NCBI RefSeq assembly: GCF_006345805.1
Contig: NC_043006.1
Location: 99,510,001-99,574,000, forward strand
Length of the DNA: 64,000 nucleotides
Reading direction: 5' to 3'
From: Octopus sinensis
Taxonomy: Eukaryota
Shown: positions 12,131 to 25,293 of the stretch, in pieces
Layout of the letters: every line of letters begins with the position of its first letter
Position numbering within the stretch: position 1 is the stretch's first letter
The notes under the pieces: model-generated
What the model was told of the DNA's origin: nothing
The model's input: the letters and a program-made list of their open reading frames with translations, nothing else
Databases searched by the model: none
Program-made: the position numbers and the translations under genes

Positions 12131-13259
12131 TGTATACACACTAACACACCGCACTTATATCTATACGTATATATATATGTTTCTGTTTGTTTTGTAATAT
12201 ATATAAGTATGTATATATAGAGATACGTGTGTGGGGGTTTTGTAAGTGTGTCTGGTATATATTGCGTGTTTCTGGGTTCGTGTGTTTACGCTGTTATATC
12301 TATCAAGCTCGTAAATTCACTGAGACGATGAATATGCATCCATGAGTACAAAACAGAATAAGTAATGGGGTCACTATAATCGCTAAAAAGTTTGTAAGTG
12401 GTGCCTTGGCATGTGTGCAATCCACCGATTGGACCCACAAATAGGAGAGATTGTAATTGTGTACGTGTGTGAGGGGGTGTATGATACGCACGTGTATGTA
12501 GATATATACGTTTCAGAACGGGCTTCCCTAAATATGTATATATGTATAATATGTAGGTATGTATGTGTGTATGTATGGGAACAGGGTGGGTATTGACATC
12601 AATTGAACACTGAAATAACTATTTTACAGTTGCATGACTTTCGTAGTGGTTTTGAATCAACCACAAAGAGAAAAATGTATAGGTTTTAATCTTAGGTGAA
12701 TTATCTGAGAGAATAACATATTGGAAACAGCAGTAATCGATTTTGAACCCATAGCGTTTGCTAACAGCCCAGAAAATTCACAATTCAAGTAAAGTACCTG
12801 TATTACATCTTTGTTTCACTATTTATGAACTTCGCCCATAAAGAATCCATTTTGTGATAAGCATTCCATAATATACTCTGGATAGAAAGTGTGTTCACCG
12901 GATTTACTTTGATCTAGATGTAATGGCAAGACATTCGATGGAATATCAGATGATATATTCAACAGCTTCCTCTCGCATTCCTGACTGCTGTTAGTGAAGA
13001 TTAGACAGCAACGAGATCAAACTATAAGATCGATTTTTGGAAGCCGCCTTTTCTGCTTCGATAAATCTATGGTTTACTTGCGCTATTAATTATAATTTAT
13101 ATTCAGTATAGATGTAGTTCAAATCATACTAAATTCTCTTATATCACTGTAAACGGTTGGCAGAATGTATTCAAGTAGATATTTAGACAATTGCTTGATG
13201 GAGAAATATTTCTACTTGTCAATAACTAGCCTTAATCACTCAAATAGTGGGTCTGTTTC

Positions 13260-13263
<4 letters not shown>

Positions 13264-13328
<65 letters not shown>

Positions 13329-13351
13329 GTATATATATATATATATATATA
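13264..13351. repeat. (CT)n-(TA)n microsatellite
   Basis: direct reading. Confidence 0.95.
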
Positions 13352-13559
13352 TCCTATTTACCTATGTATATTTATATATATATATACATATATGTGTGTG
13401 TGTGTACATATATACCCATAAATACTCACTGACACAAACATACACATACACATGCATGTGTGTTTATATATATTTATATATTTATGTATTTATGTATATA
13501 GTTTCAGCTAAGAGCTGCGGCCATGCTGATGCACCGCCTTTTTGTGCTACACTGTTATT

Positions 13560-14010
13560 ACTAAGAGCCTCCACTAATCTGTGGCACTTGGTGCAGAATG
13601 GAGTTTGATATAGCTACCCTCATTTGCACCTCTTGCCGTGAGGTAGGTTCATCTGGGACTCTCGGCAGATGAAAACCCCTACATCTACGTTGTGCAAGTT
13701 CCTCAGACTCTTTGGGAGAATATTAAAAATCTTTGGGTCCTTGAAACCCAAGCTGTTGCAGTAACTGTTGCTGAAGCGTGATGGCATTGCTGGGATCTTT
13801 GGCACTATGCAGTGTTGTCTCGTTCTGGCATTGGTGTAGCTTCCAATGCCAACATTTGGCACAATTCCTTCCAGGATCTTCCAGATGTGTATTACTGCAT
13901 ACATCTCCGTCTTCTCTCCAGGGAGTAGTGTCTTAGCTGTTTCAACCTTTCCCAGTAGCTGAGCTGTTGCAAAGAGACGATCATCTTTGTGAATCTTCTC
14001 GTCAATCGCA
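13560..14010 (-). mobile_element. CR1-type LINE 3' ORF2 fragment
   Basis: Translates LSYWERLKQLRHYSLERRRR.YAVIHIWKILEG...PKIFNILPKSLRN...VPDEP, a typical CR1-group C-terminus. Confidence 0.75.
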
Positions 14011-14707
14011 GCTACTTCGAAGCTTCACCCCCAATTCAGGTCTCAACTAAATTGCAAACTGTTAACTGTTTTAAAGATGTTACCTCCTCAGCTACAATTT
14101 GGCATAAATAGTTTGAGATTTAATTCAGTAGAAAAACATCTGCGACCTCCAGAGGGCAGTAAGGCAGGTGTTCTACTTCAATTAACATAATTGTTTTCAG
14201 TTTTAATTAAAACTATGTTTTTCATGGGCTTAAATGATAGAAAAATGTATGAGGATTTCAGAATCGCTACACAAATGAGTAGAAAAAGAGTTATGAGGTA
14301 AAATGTTACGAAATTTAATGTCAGTATGTAAGGAAGGGAATGTAACGCTTAGGCAATAATAAAAGAATATATTTCTAAAACTCTCTACATATATTTCTAA
14401 AACTCTCTAACTTCTGCGGATGATATATATACATACTACATAATTTAAATAATGAGGGAGATAAATTAATATTAATTTTAATATCAATTTAAAACCAGTA
14501 GTCCAGCATACAAAAATCTGAGGAGTCAGAGAAAATTCTAATATATGTGTATATTGGCAGGGCTTACTGCTAGGGAGTCGGCCATATGCTAGAAATAGAC
14601 CATCAACGGTCAAACTACAAGGAAATTCTCTAGAGGAAAAATACAGCGAACACCAGAACCAATTTTGGCGGGCATGACAGATGAAAATTTATATAAAAAA
14701 CAGAATT

Positions 14708-14784
14708 AAATGCATACCTCGGTTTCAACCTTAACAAGAGAATTACTTATGCAATCCAAATGTCCGTGCTTCTTCAGTGCATCC
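14708..14784 (-). ncRNA. type I hammerhead ribozyme, copy 1
   Basis: ggatgca-CTGAAGA-agc...gtt-GAAA-cc-ga-gg-TA-tgcattt. One stem II pair is G-U in this copy. Confidence 0.7.
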
Positions 14785-15247
14785 GTTCATAGTAATGTAA
14801 ACGGAAAAGCTAAACCCAGCTTTCGTGCCAGTACAGACACGTGTGTAGCTTTACCGATTACACTAGTGATAAAATTTCAAATGTCTTGGCTCTGGCGCGC
14901 TAATAAATTTCTGAGGCGAAGGGCTGCAGTGAATAATTCACTGCGGTTCGTGCTTAGTACTAGAGAACAAATTTATTTTAATATTTAAATAATGAGGGAG
15001 ATAAATTAATATTAATTTTAATATCAATTTAAAACCAGTAGTCCAGCATACAAAAATCTGAGGAGTCAGAGAAAATTCTAATATATGTGTATATTGGCAG
15101 GGCTTACTGCTAGGGAGTCGGCCATATGCTAGAAATAGACCATCAACGGTCAAACTACAAGGAAATTCTCTAGAGGAAAAATTCAGCGAACACCAGAACC
15201 AATTTTGGCGGGCATGACAGATGAAAATTTAAATAAAAAACAGAATT

Positions 15248-15324
15248 AAATGCATACCTCGGTTTCAGCCTTAACAAGAGAATTACTTATGCAATCCAAA
15301 TGTCCGTGCTTCTTCAGTGCATCC
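15248..15324 (-). ncRNA. type I hammerhead ribozyme, copy 2
   Basis: Same fold, with stem II closing agc/gct. Confidence 0.75.
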
Positions 15325-15630
15325 GTTCATAGTAATGTAAACGGAAAAGCTAACCCCAGCTTTCGTGCCAGGACTACTGGTTTTAAATTGATATTAAAAT
15401 TAATATTAATTTATCTCCCTCATTATTTAAATATTGAAATAAATTTGTTCTCTAGTACTAAGCACGAACCGCAGTGAATTATTCACTGCAGCCCTTCGCC
15501 TCAGAAATTTATTAGCGCGCCAGAGCCAAGACATTTGAAATTTTATCACTAGTGTAATCGGTAAAGCTACACACGTGTCTGTACTGGCACGAAAGCTGGG
15601 GTTAGCTTTTCCGTTTACATTACTATGAAC

Positions 15631-15707
15631 GGATGCACTGAAGAAGCACGGACATTTGGATTGCATAAGTAATTCTCTTGTTAAGGCTGAAACCGAGGTA
15701 TGCATTT
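15631..15707 (+). ncRNA. type I hammerhead ribozyme, copy 3 (inverted segment)
   Basis: Stem I ggatgca/tgcattt, core CTGAAGA, extended stem II (agc/gct, gaca/tgtt, ggattgc-ataa-gtaattc), GAAA, stem III cc-ga-gg. Predicted cleavage after GTA at 15700. Confidence 0.75.
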
Positions 15708-15894
15708 AATTCTGTTTTTTATATAAATTTTCATCTGTCATGCCCGCCAAAATTGGTTCTGGTGTTCGCTGTATTTTTCCTCTAGAGAATTTCCTTGTAG
15801 TTTGACCGTTGATGGTCTATTTCTAGCATATGGCCGATTCCCTAGCGGTAAGCCCTGCCAATATATACATACTACATATATGTTTTTAAAAATT

Positions 15895-16102
15895 TCATCA
15901 CGCAATCGAACCAGTGAAAGAGCCTCTACCTGGTCGCTCGACACGCTAAAATAGCAGCTAAAGTACCCCCTAATTAAATCACACGCCCATTATATTCAAT
16001 GTCCTAGATTATCCCTAAAAAATACGGTTTGCTGAAGGCTGGAATGTCTTTGATGATAGGTGTGCAGTATCAGGGTTGATTTGAGGTTATATAACAACAA
16101 CA
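15895..16102 (+). mobile_element. short interspersed repeat, unclassified, with (AAC)n tail
   Basis: Contains a ctaaaatagcagctaaa motif (similar to ctagaaatagtag at ~3232) and ends in acaacaac. Confidence 0.35.
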
Positions 16103-16590
16103 TTATGGTAAATTTCAATATTAAGAACCGCGCGATTTTCCCTAAGAAAAAGAGAGCAAAAAAAATTCATTTTTTTGCGTGAAATCAAGAACTCTGACCT
16201 CCTAATATGCTGCAAATCCCTCATTTTGATTCGGGAAAAATGAGGTGGGGGATTCTCGTTTTTTCGTTGAATGAATTCCTGTGACCTCTAAATATTGCAA
16301 ATTTGGGTTACTTAAGCTGAGCCTGGTAACTGATGGTTTTGGGTCTTGTTCCTTGTAACTTTTGGTGATCCATGGTGCAAGCAACAATATGGTTAAAATC
16401 TCTGCTATTAAGTTGGTGCGGATGGGTCGTATCAAATAATCCAATCACAACATATATTTAAATTAAAGATCAAGAAAATTGAAATATTATCTTTCAATAT
16501 TTTATATGGTAAAATCTAAAATTATTAATTGGCGCATTATCAATTATCTTACAACAGTAATCCCTGGAGGAAAAATGGATTACATGGAAA

Positions 16591-17079
16591 AATGCGAGCA
16601 TGGAAAGTAATATTCTTAAGATTATAAACTTGGAAAAGCACAGAACAAGTAACTACACCTGTAAAAGTATGGGAGAAGCTATTACTTCTAGTAAAGTGAA
16701 GAATAAGAAACTTTTTACTTAAAATATTGCAGCTAAAATTTAAAATTGAATATTAAAACATATTTTATTATAATTTACAAATAACACTTTACTTATTTAA
16801 GTAGAATTTGGCTAATTTACAATCTTAAAAACAGAAAAATGTGACTAATTAGACAGACTTACAAATTGTTTTGTACAATAAATCTAAAAGATGAGAACTG
16901 TAAAGAGTGATAAATTAGAAAAACTGACATTTTTTGCTGCAATATTTTAAGTAAAAAAGTTTCTTATTCTTTACTCTACTAGAATTAATAGCTTGTCCTA
17001 TACTTTTACAGGTGTAATAACTTGTCCTGTACTTTTCCAGGTTTATAATCATAAGAATATTACTTTTCATACTCGCATT
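16591..17079. mobile_element. MITE/foldback element with ~150-bp degenerate inverted arms
   Basis: 16591-16738 is approximately the reverse complement of 16930-17079. Confidence 0.75.
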
Positions 17080-17435
17080 ACAAATACTAAGTGTTGTTAT
17101 CCCGATATCAGAAATAAACTATTTATGTCTTTTTTTAGGCATGTATCTGAGACATTTAATAGAACATATGTAGAACCGTGTAAGGAAAACTCAAGCAATC
17201 TAGCATGTACATTTAATGAAAAAGACTTACGTCGGAGAACGTCTGAATTTTATAATGTGATTCCTTACCATTACGGCAGCCATCATATACTAAACTACAA
17301 TTTGTTTCAAAAACTAATTGCATTATGTTCAGTGTGGCTATGAGTGACAAAGTCTTATCAACCTAAGTGAATCTAATTCAAATATATAACCGGGCCCATG
17401 AACCTGTCTAGGTTTGGAAAGGGCGACGTTTATCG

Positions 17436-17467
<32 letters not shown>

Positions 17468-17469
<2 letters not shown>

Positions 17470-17778
17470 TCGTGATCCCCGTGACCGACCAGGCGATCTG
17501 ATGTTGCTACACATCGCTGGTCACAATGCGCTTCGCATTGTTTTAGCGTTCAAATGACGCCACCCCGCTGGCTAGGCGAGCAGGCCAACAGAAGAAAGAG
17601 TGAGAGAAAGTTGTGGCGAAAGAGTACAGCAGGGATCGCCAACACCCCCTGCCGGAGCCTGGCGGAGCTTTAGGTGTTTTCGCTCAATAAACACTCACAA
17701 CGCCCGGTCTGGGAATCGAAGCCACGATCCTACAACCATGAGTCCGCTTCCCTAACCACTGGGCCATTGCGCCTCCAC
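17468..17778 (-). mobile_element. tRNA-derived SINE (head H1 plus tail A)
   Basis: Reverse complement begins gtggaggcgcaatggcccagtggttaggg...ttcgattccc (A and B boxes). The head is shared with 33447 and 53670. Confidence 0.85.
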
Positions 17779-19630
17779 ACACACACATATAATTATTGCA
17801 AAACAAGGACAGAATGAATGAGAGATAAACCCTTTGTAACAGGATTAATTTAAGAAATTATTCTTTATATTTGATACCCTAATAACTATTGTTTTGTTGT
17901 TATGTATTAATTATGAATTAACTTTCTTAGTATCAATTTTGTTAATTAATACTTCTAAACGATGATTATGTAAATCTTCATGTAAAGTTTTGATATACTT
18001 TATTTCTTTCGTTTCATTCGTGTCCTGTCTGACTACATAATATTTTACCTTTCACTCAGTTGCTTTCACTTTCAATCTTTCTTATAAATCAGATTTCTAT
18101 TCCCCGATTTCAATTTAAATCTCACAATAGAGTATTCGAAATATGCAATCGATATATCTATATTCTTTCAAATTACGAACGCTCTGTTCCATTAATTGTC
18201 GACTTTTGGAAATGTGATTTACAAATGATTTTGACAGGTAGAATATTTTGTCTTTCATTAATTGTCTTACATTTTCACTTATCTCTAATGTTATTTATAT
18301 ATTTTTTTATAAATGTTTTCTTGTCAGTTCAGAACTATAATTGATAACAAAAACTGAAGAACATCTTAATTTTATTTCTATAATTTCCTGCGCACTGCTT
18401 TTCTTCCCAAATTTTATTTCCACCGACTTTTTGTAAATAAAAATTGAATGCTTCTACGCCAATACACTTCATGTAAAATAGTTCTGCTTTCAGTCATCCA
18501 TTGATATTGCTTTCAATTTAATTTTAAACGAATCATTTGAACTCTATCTGAAGTGTAAAGAAAAGAACGTAAAGCTATGCATGTTTATCAAGTTGAGAAT
18601 TAAATATTGGTTGACATATCTTTTCAACGATAACGTAATTATTAAGCATGTATCAGCTTATGTTTCTCGTGAATTGGGACATATACCTGTCATTACGAAT
18701 TAACGCTGTTGCGAAGTAGTCTCATAATAGTTTTTGAAAAGAGATGACACATTTAATTTCTTCATTTGAAATATATTTATCTACTTTCTGCTATGTACAT
18801 TAATATTTTCTGATATTTATTTTAAATCAAAAGAGGCAACGAAGTATCGTGTATAAACTATGAATTTTTTAATGATTATCTTAGTGAGTTTTTTTCAATG
18901 ATTATCTTAGTGGGGTTTTTAAAAGAGAATAAAAACAATATATAAAATATGGATGTATCCAAATGTATTGTAATATCTTATTACAGCTCCCTTTGGCATT
19001 GTCAGCTTTTGCTGGTACATAAACAGGGAGGCTGATAGATTACATTACAATAAGTCTTTTGTTAGGCAGAACCTCTTAAAATTGTACAATTACATTCTGG
19101 AAATATAAGCAGAAAATCTATTTCAAATGATATGAACAAAAATATTTTAGAGAAAGAAAATCACTTAATGATTTATTTCAACATAAAATATAACAGAAAA
19201 ATCTATTTAATTTTAGATGCAAAAGTAAAGAAAAATAATTTCAGAAAAAGGATATTTAAGTGAAATTATATTGAATTACTGCGGATGAGAGACATATAGT
19301 GACAAGTTTCACGAAAACTTTACTATTGTATGTAGATAGGCATATGGTTAAGGAAGGATAAAAATGGTAAAATAGGATTCAGAGTAATAGAACTTAAAAT
19401 ATAATGTGCGTTAAATATAATGCGACTCTTTGTAGATATCAAGCGTCTGTCATTAAACTTAATAACAAAAGGCTTACAACGCGCATCCTTTAAATGTCCG
19501 AGTACTCCAACGGAAAACTCCAATACGACCACAACGGTACAGTTCAATATTTAAGAGATGAGGAATTATGTGCATTATTTACGTTATTCACATTTGGCGG
19601 ATATTATTTGTCCTCATCTTCTTTGCTGCT

Positions 19631-19676
19631 AACACAACGTTTCGGCCGATATATCCTCCAGCCTTCATCAGGTGTC
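19631..19676 (-). ncRNA. minimal Penelope-type hammerhead motif within a terminal repeat fragment (~19545-19720)
   Basis: gacac-CTGATGA-a-ggctg...cggcc-GAAA-cg-TT-gtgtt. Palindromic ACGT stem III of the dimer type. Confidence 0.65.
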
Positions 19677-20276
19677 ATGGGGAATCAGAACCCAGGTTTG
19701 AACTTTCCCCAAGACAGCTGATGAAGTTTAAACTTATTCCTGGCCGCTGGTACGCTTACATTGAGTGCTGACGAAGCCAGAGTAATACGTTTTACAGTCA
19801 TTGTATTCTTCCATTTTTATTACATGTTTACGTGTCTATACGGTCTCTTAGCAATGGGACGTTTATCTGTATAGAATACACTGGAAGTTTGAACGTTTTC
19901 AAAATAAATACGTTTATGCATGCAATGGATCAAAAATAGGAAACAAATAGGTAAAAGGCAAGTTATGGAGGATGAGACACCTGGTTAGACAAAACAGTTC
20001 TAGCCTTGTATGCGTTTTTAGTTCAGTAGAAATGTCACACCTGATATAAAGCGTCTTGCTCAAGAACAATGCAAAATGACTAAAGCAAACGTGCATTTTA
20101 TAATGAGTTTAGCCACTGAATTAATGAACCAAATGCATTCAGGGTGGGCACGAACACGCAGACACAAAAACCAGACACAGGCACACACACACACACCCAC
20201 ATACACATACACGCGCGCGCGCATACAGCTATCATACTATACAATTATACAGACTATTATACATACTAAACTATTA

Positions 20277-20503
20277 TACAGACTTGGCCAAAAGTCAGGC
20301 GACAGTAAAACAAAATTACATGAATAATATTCAATTTTATTTATTCATTCCAATTATGAATGTTTAATAATTGAAGGCTAAGCGTGAAAATCAACGCTTA
20401 TTTTAAACATTTACCTATCTATTAGTGAATTCACATATACATTATGTTTCTCTAGGAATTATATGGTTTTGATTTACTCCCAGGTGGCTTTCGGCCAACT
20501 GTG
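20277..20503. mobile_element. possible degenerate Tc1/mariner-type MITE
   Basis: cagacttggccaaaagtca weakly matches the reverse complement of ggtggctttcggccaactgtg. Confidence 0.3.
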
Positions 20504-20520
20504 TTTGTGTGTGTGCATGT

Positions 20521-20539
20521 ATATATATCTATCTATCTA

Positions 20540-20611
<72 letters not shown>

Positions 20612-20644
20612 ATAGATATAGATAGATAGATGGATAGATAGATG

Positions 20645-20720
<76 letters not shown>

Positions 20721-20756
20721 CATAGATAGATAGATAGATACATAGATAGATAGATG
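20521..20756. repeat. (TATC)-(TA)n-(GATA)n microsatellite
   Basis: direct reading. Confidence 0.95.
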
Positions 20757-21167
20757 TTTGTATGTATATAAGTTCATATGTAATGTATGTATGTATATTA
20801 TACGGCTATTAGATATATGGGTGCCTATGCATATACACATATAAATATGCAAACATGACTCCGATTACAGATGGATATAAATGACAAATGTACATGATAG
20901 AATAAGAATATATAAATACACAGCCAATTATAAATCTCTATGAATAAATAAATGTATTAAATATATGTGTGTGAATTAATAGATTTTAAAAATCTCCGGA
21001 TAGAGGCATAAAAATCGTTAAAGTATACGTGTATAGGTAAAGATATTGGAGAAAGTCTGAAGTCGTGATGGATATATACATATCTGTAAATGTATATATA
21101 TATATATTTGTGAGTGTGTGTACATGATATGTATTTATAGATATGTACATATATATATATATATGTA

Positions 21168-22366
21168 TGGGTGATGACATACCTCTTCTGTCATCACACA
21201 TACGAGTGCCAGTCGAGAAGGGAGTGAAGCAAGGAGATACACTCTCCCCAAAACTTTTCACCACATGTCTCGAACAGATCATCAGAGGCATCGACTGGCA
21301 AGGCGGTATCAACATCAATGGCGAGCTCCTCACCCACCTCCATTTCGCTGACGACATCGTACTCATCGCAGAAAACACGGCTCAGCCTCAGACCATGCTG
21401 ACGGAGCTCGACATCAAAAACTCAAGTAGGTCTCAAGATGAACCGCATGAAAACAAAGTTCATGCGGTCAGACAACGTACTAACAGGTGATCGGCAGTGA
21501 TGAAATAGAGGAGGTAAGGGAATATGTCTACCTGGGAAAGGAAGTGAATAAGTGCCGAGATATCGAAAAGGAGATCTCACGGAGAGTAACGGCCTGATGG
21601 AAGGCGTTTAATGGCATAAGGGATGTGCTCAAGGCGGCGAGCTGGCAGAAACGTGAGCACGCCGGGCGAAATGCGTAGCCGTATTTCATCTGCCGTTATG
21701 TTCTGAGTTCAAATTCCGCCGAGGTAGACTTTGCCTTTCATCCTTTCGGGGTCGATTAAAAAAAGTACCAGTTACGCACTGGGGTCGGTGTAATCGACTT
21801 AATCCGTTTGTCTGTCCTTGTTTGTCCCCTCTGTGTTTAGCCCCTTGTGGGTAGTTAAGAAATAGGCATAAGGGATGTGCTCAAGGGAGGTTTGGACAGG
21901 ACCACCCGCGCCAACCTCATTAACAGTGCAGTTCTACCTGCAATGTTACCTGGCAACGAAACATGGGCTACCACAAAGAGAGAAGAGCAAAGACTGGTAA
22001 CGGCTCAAAGAGCCATGGAAAGGTCAATGCTTGGTATCTCGTTGAGAGAGCACATCAGTAGCGAGGTCATCAGACAGAAGTCCGGCGTGAGAGATGTCAT
22101 CGCAGAGTATACACGCAGCAAGTATAGATGGGCTGGACACGTCGCCCGGCTCACCGATAATCGGTTGACCCACGCAGTTGTCGAGTGGTACCCGCGCGAG
22201 CGGAAAAGACCGCCCGGAAGACCTCCACGACGATGGAGTTACGATTTCAAGAGGACGATTGGGATACGTGGATGAGAAAGGCGCGATCCAGAGAGGAGTG
22301 GACAGCCTGCTGTGACCAGCGGTGTCAAATAGACGCCTGATGGACTAGTCGGTCAAGGTGATCAAG

Positions 22367-22370
<4 letters not shown>
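21168..22370 (+). mobile_element. RTE-clade LINE, 5'-truncated, disrupted RT
   Basis: Motifs GVKQGDTLSPKLF, LHFADDIVL, EYVYLG, RWAGHVAR and RPPGRPPRRW. The 3' tail is (tcaaggtga)2, and TA runs flank both ends. Confidence 0.92.
21633..21864 (+). mobile_element. SINE (family S2) nested in the RTE, 20-bp TSD
   Basis: ggcataagggatgtgctcaa at 21613-21632 and 21865-21884; B box gagttcaaattcc. Confidence 0.92.
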
Positions 22371-22430
<60 letters not shown>

Positions 22431-22434
<4 letters not shown>

Positions 22435-22530
22435 ATCCAAACAAGAAAACACAAAAAAAACAAAAACACACAACAACGCGAGGACGTGGAACAAATATAG
22501 TATTATTGGACGCTCAGGAAAGAAGGGAAT
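22431..22530 (-). mobile_element. truncated copy of the 44866-45065 repeat family
   Basis: Reverse-complement similarity to 44980-45065 (ttcctgagcgtcca...ttccacgtcc.cgcg). Confidence 0.55.
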
Positions 22531-23779
22531 ATATATATATATATATATACATGTATATGTGAGTGTATGTATATATATGTATGCTTGTATTATGACTACC
22601 TGTATGTCTGTGAATATGTAATCATGTATGCACCAATACATGTTTGTGTGTACATAAATTGAAAGAGAGCAGTGCAAGAGTATAATGTGGCAATGCCATA
22701 TTCATAGACTATGCACAAACCTATTGGTTTGATGAACCGATGTTCAACGTTGTAAATTTTAAAAAGGCAGTTTAATGTGAGATGAAAATCTTTCTGTAGA
22801 TTAAAGATTGAAATGTGTCAGGGAAAGAGCCGATGGTTAATGAATTAGCATGTGGCTGATGGGTTATTTCGTGCTTGTTGCATATTCTGATCTACTACCA
22901 GAGTTTCGAGCAAGGATGTCTATTCCCTTATTATTATAAACCTCAACATAAAATAGCATTTCTTTTTGCATTACATAATTTTAACCGAGTCTAACAAGGA
23001 AGCATTTACATTTAATACTTAAGAAAATATCTGAATTTCTTTGTTAAAAACATTATTTTCGAGGTATGCATTGTGTATTGTTCTACGCACAAAGAGTCAT
23101 GGGAACATTTATAAGAAAATCATTGAATTAGAAAACTAGAAAACACATAAATGTTAAACATAGCGGCCTTACATCCTTATTTTATTAATTCGCCAAACAT
23201 GAACTCATTTATCTATATAATTAAAAATGTACACAAGTGATCTACAAATAAAACCATAAAGCTAAGTGAATAAAATACTATTATTTATTAATTTGTTTTT
23301 AGAAATCAGTTCATAATTAGGAACAAAAGTTCGGACAGAAATCATAAACTCTCATTGCCTTAATCACTTCTCGTAATAGAAATATATGCGCATGTATATT
23401 GTCTTTTCATATATTAACCTTTCTCCTTTCTCTTCTTTCTCTCTCTCTCTCTCTATTTCTGTTTCTTTGTCTCTCTTCCCCTCTCTCACTCGTTCTGTAA
23501 GTAATTACCATTCACAAAAACCGACATATTTACGAAAGAACGTATTTCTTTAGAAACTCAGGTTTCTGCATTTCACTGGAAACCGCTAAATCAGTAAACA
23601 TTCTCGCCGTTACTTCGAATTAGAATGCAGTATCTATAAACCCTAGAAAAATATAACGAAAAAGGCAGTATGTATATATAGAATCCAACTGTCCCCAAAA
23701 CGTAGTTAGAAATCTAGTAAAGAACATATCTCCAAGGCTTTTTTTCTTTTTCTTCCAAATAAAGATACATGAGGAAAGA

Positions 23780-24240
23780 AAAAGAAAAATTATCTGATCC
23801 TATCGTATCTTCAGCATACAATTCTGCACAACATTAACCAAATTATTCTTCAAAATACTCCATAAAATACTTCCACACCGAACATAAGTACCAACAACAA
23901 TAAGACACACAAGATACGTCATCATATTTCACAACTAACAACTTTGAAAACCGGAAGCTAATATCAAACAAATATCTCAAGTTGACAACTAAAACGACAC
24001 AGCAAAATTTTCAACTTCAGTACCTCTCCGTCTATCCTCTAAAAGGAAGTTGTGTCGCAAGGAATTTTCTCTATAGCACAACTCTAAACACGAAATCCAC
24101 AGCAGCTAATGTTTCCACATATACAGGGTCTACAACAAACCAGTTCAGGGCGCAGCAGTGGCTCTCATATTTTTCGCAACTTTCACAGAAAAAATTATAC
24201 TTCGCTTACCTAACGTATATGGTTATTAAAACCGAAAATA
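23780..24240 (+). pseudogene. old Penelope-like element remnant (GIY-YIG endonuclease region)
   Basis: YPLKGSCVARNFLYSTTL...STYTGSTTNQFRAQ resembles the PLE pattern CPLxGxC...IVY...YIGxT..FKxR. Upstream KYFHTEHKY also fits. Confidence 0.5.
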
Positions 24241-24534
24241 CCATCTTGTGTTAATTACCACAGGAACAACCACACAAACGTAGCAACAGCAACTGTCAGA
24301 TTCCACCACGTATTCACATTTACGAATGAAATTCTGAACTGAAACATGTAAAACTATTATTTCGTTTTGTGTGACGGCTAAAAATAAATTTATCTCACCA
24401 CCTTTTCTCTCCTCAAGCCGACGTTTCCCCAGATTAAAATAAAGACAAGCACTATAGCGTTGCACAAAATATATGACATAGAAATTTCTCTAAAATTTCC
24501 CTATATTTCAATCCAAATTCACACACGCACTTAT

Positions 24535-24682
<148 letters not shown>

Positions 24683-25293
24683 ACGCTAAGTTGATTAAAG
24701 ACCAGCTTGGCTCAGAATTTTTTATTTCTATTTTCATACACACATATATGTGAATATTCTTATACTGCGCCACTTTTGCATAAATTCAAAGGTGATAAAT
24801 ATCGTATAATGAAACGGCCGTGTTTCTAACCGAAAAGAAGAAATATCTATCAAAACGTTACCCAATATATGTGTTTGCTTAAGACACAATGGTTAAAATT
24901 TGTAAATAGCAATCCAATTCTTTCTTAGGCACTTCACTCAGTGGAATAAAATCTGACAGGTAACGAACCTGCACAGTTTAGTACGTCGTTTATTGAACAC
25001 TAACTTGTGCAATAACAAAAAAGCAAACATCTAAATACCAGTAACAGGTAACGCTAAATGATGCCTAAATAAAGTTAACACACAAACAATGCTTGAAAAA
25101 CAGTATAAAACTAAAAAAAACTTCTTAAAACCTTTAAAAAAACATTAAAAATGTCTTAAAAATCTAAAAGAACGAAAACAATTTCTTGAAAACCTTAAAC
25201 ACTCCTCATATGCATCCTATTTTGAACACTTAACAATAAACAAAAGACAACAGCAGTAAAACCTGAAGGTGAAGCAGCCTGAGAGGGGCACCC

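Larger units (their letters stand above)
14443..15865 (-). mobile_element. hammerhead-containing 540-bp tandem element with 5' inversion and TSD (retrozyme / Penelope pLTR-like)
   Basis: Unit 14443-14982, partial unit 14983-15371, inverted segment 15371-15865 (reverse complement of 14550-15044). atatatacatactacata occurs at 14425-14442 and 15861-15878. Confidence 0.85.

Noticed and set aside
14407-15944. Repeated short ORFs (MHTSVS..., MTVDGL...)
   Set aside because: They recur only because the DNA is duplicated and have no protein motifs.
17690-17778. tRNA-like sequences at SINE heads
   Set aside because: No complete cloverleaf; they continue into SINE bodies, several of which have TSDs.
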